NCBI RefSeq assembly: GCF_006345805.1
Contig: NC_043004.1
Span: forward strand, 29,574,001 to 29,638,000
Length of the DNA: 64,000 nucleotides
From: Octopus sinensis
Taxonomy: Eukaryota
Direction: 5' to 3'
A model generated the notes under the pieces. It saw nothing but the letters and a program-made list of their open reading frames with translations, had not been told where the DNA came from and did no database searches. Both the position numbers and the translations under genes were made by a program. Shown in pieces: positions 63,560-64,000 of the stretch. Position 1 is the stretch's first letter; each line of letters opens with the position of its first letter.

Positions 63560-64000
63560 ATAAAACCACTATTAGGCAAATCAAACAGTGAAAAACATAA
63601 ACCAAAACATTAAAAAAATATAATTAATATAATATACAAAATATATAAAATAAAAATTTAAATTATTTAAATTTAAAATTTTTAATTTATATCTATACAT
63701 TTTTATTTTCTTAATTCTTTTTTTTTAATTTTGAATTTATAAATTTTTTAACTTTTAATTTTTTTTTTTTTAAATAACTATCAAAAAGTATTAAAAAGTT
63801 TAATATAATATTATAAGTAAAACCACTATGTACGTTTCATTGCCATAACCCAATTCGAATTACAATAATTTAAATTCAATTAAAAGTTCGAATTATAATT
63901 ATAGTCAATCTTCAGGTTAATGATAATAGTTAAATAAATAAGCAAATATATTTAAACAATATTTTTAAAGAAATAAATAAAAACTCTATTATCAAATTAG
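63560..64000. repeat. Extremely AT-rich low-complexity tract
   Basis: Almost only A/T by inspection. Confidence 0.8.

Overview
AT-rich, repeat-dense animal genomic DNA. The repeat families look like those of octopod cephalopods (Octopus), which is an inference from recognition. No intact long coding sequence is present. The protein-like ORFs are decayed transposable-element remnants: mariner, a Tc1/mariner-type fold-back element, a Buster-like hAT, RTE, RTE-X-like, CR1/L2-like and Dong/R4-like LINEs, and Penelope-like elements (PLE) with RT and GIY-YIG fragments. These are mixed with several tRNA-headed SINE families, MITEs and microsatellites. Host-gene evidence is limited to two housekeeping-type promoters and a few weak candidate short exons. 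One promoter is on the minus strand at about 9.4 kb, with first coding exon MAEE(G)|GTAGGT. The other is on the plus strand at about 26.7 kb, with a non-coding exon ending in GTAAGT. Both lie in CpG-retaining blocks flanked by CpG-depleted, probably methylated gene bodies. No host gene could be named. The most notable hidden structure is a set of hammerhead-ribozyme-type motifs in four PLE-like terminal-repeat families. One has a canonical core with a 92-nt extended stem II inside a ~265-bp inverted repeat (24035-24161, minus). The others are minimal variants whose stem I co-varies between families. Also notable are a LINE with a 5' inversion bracketed by a 34-bp duplication and a head-to-head transposase palindrome.
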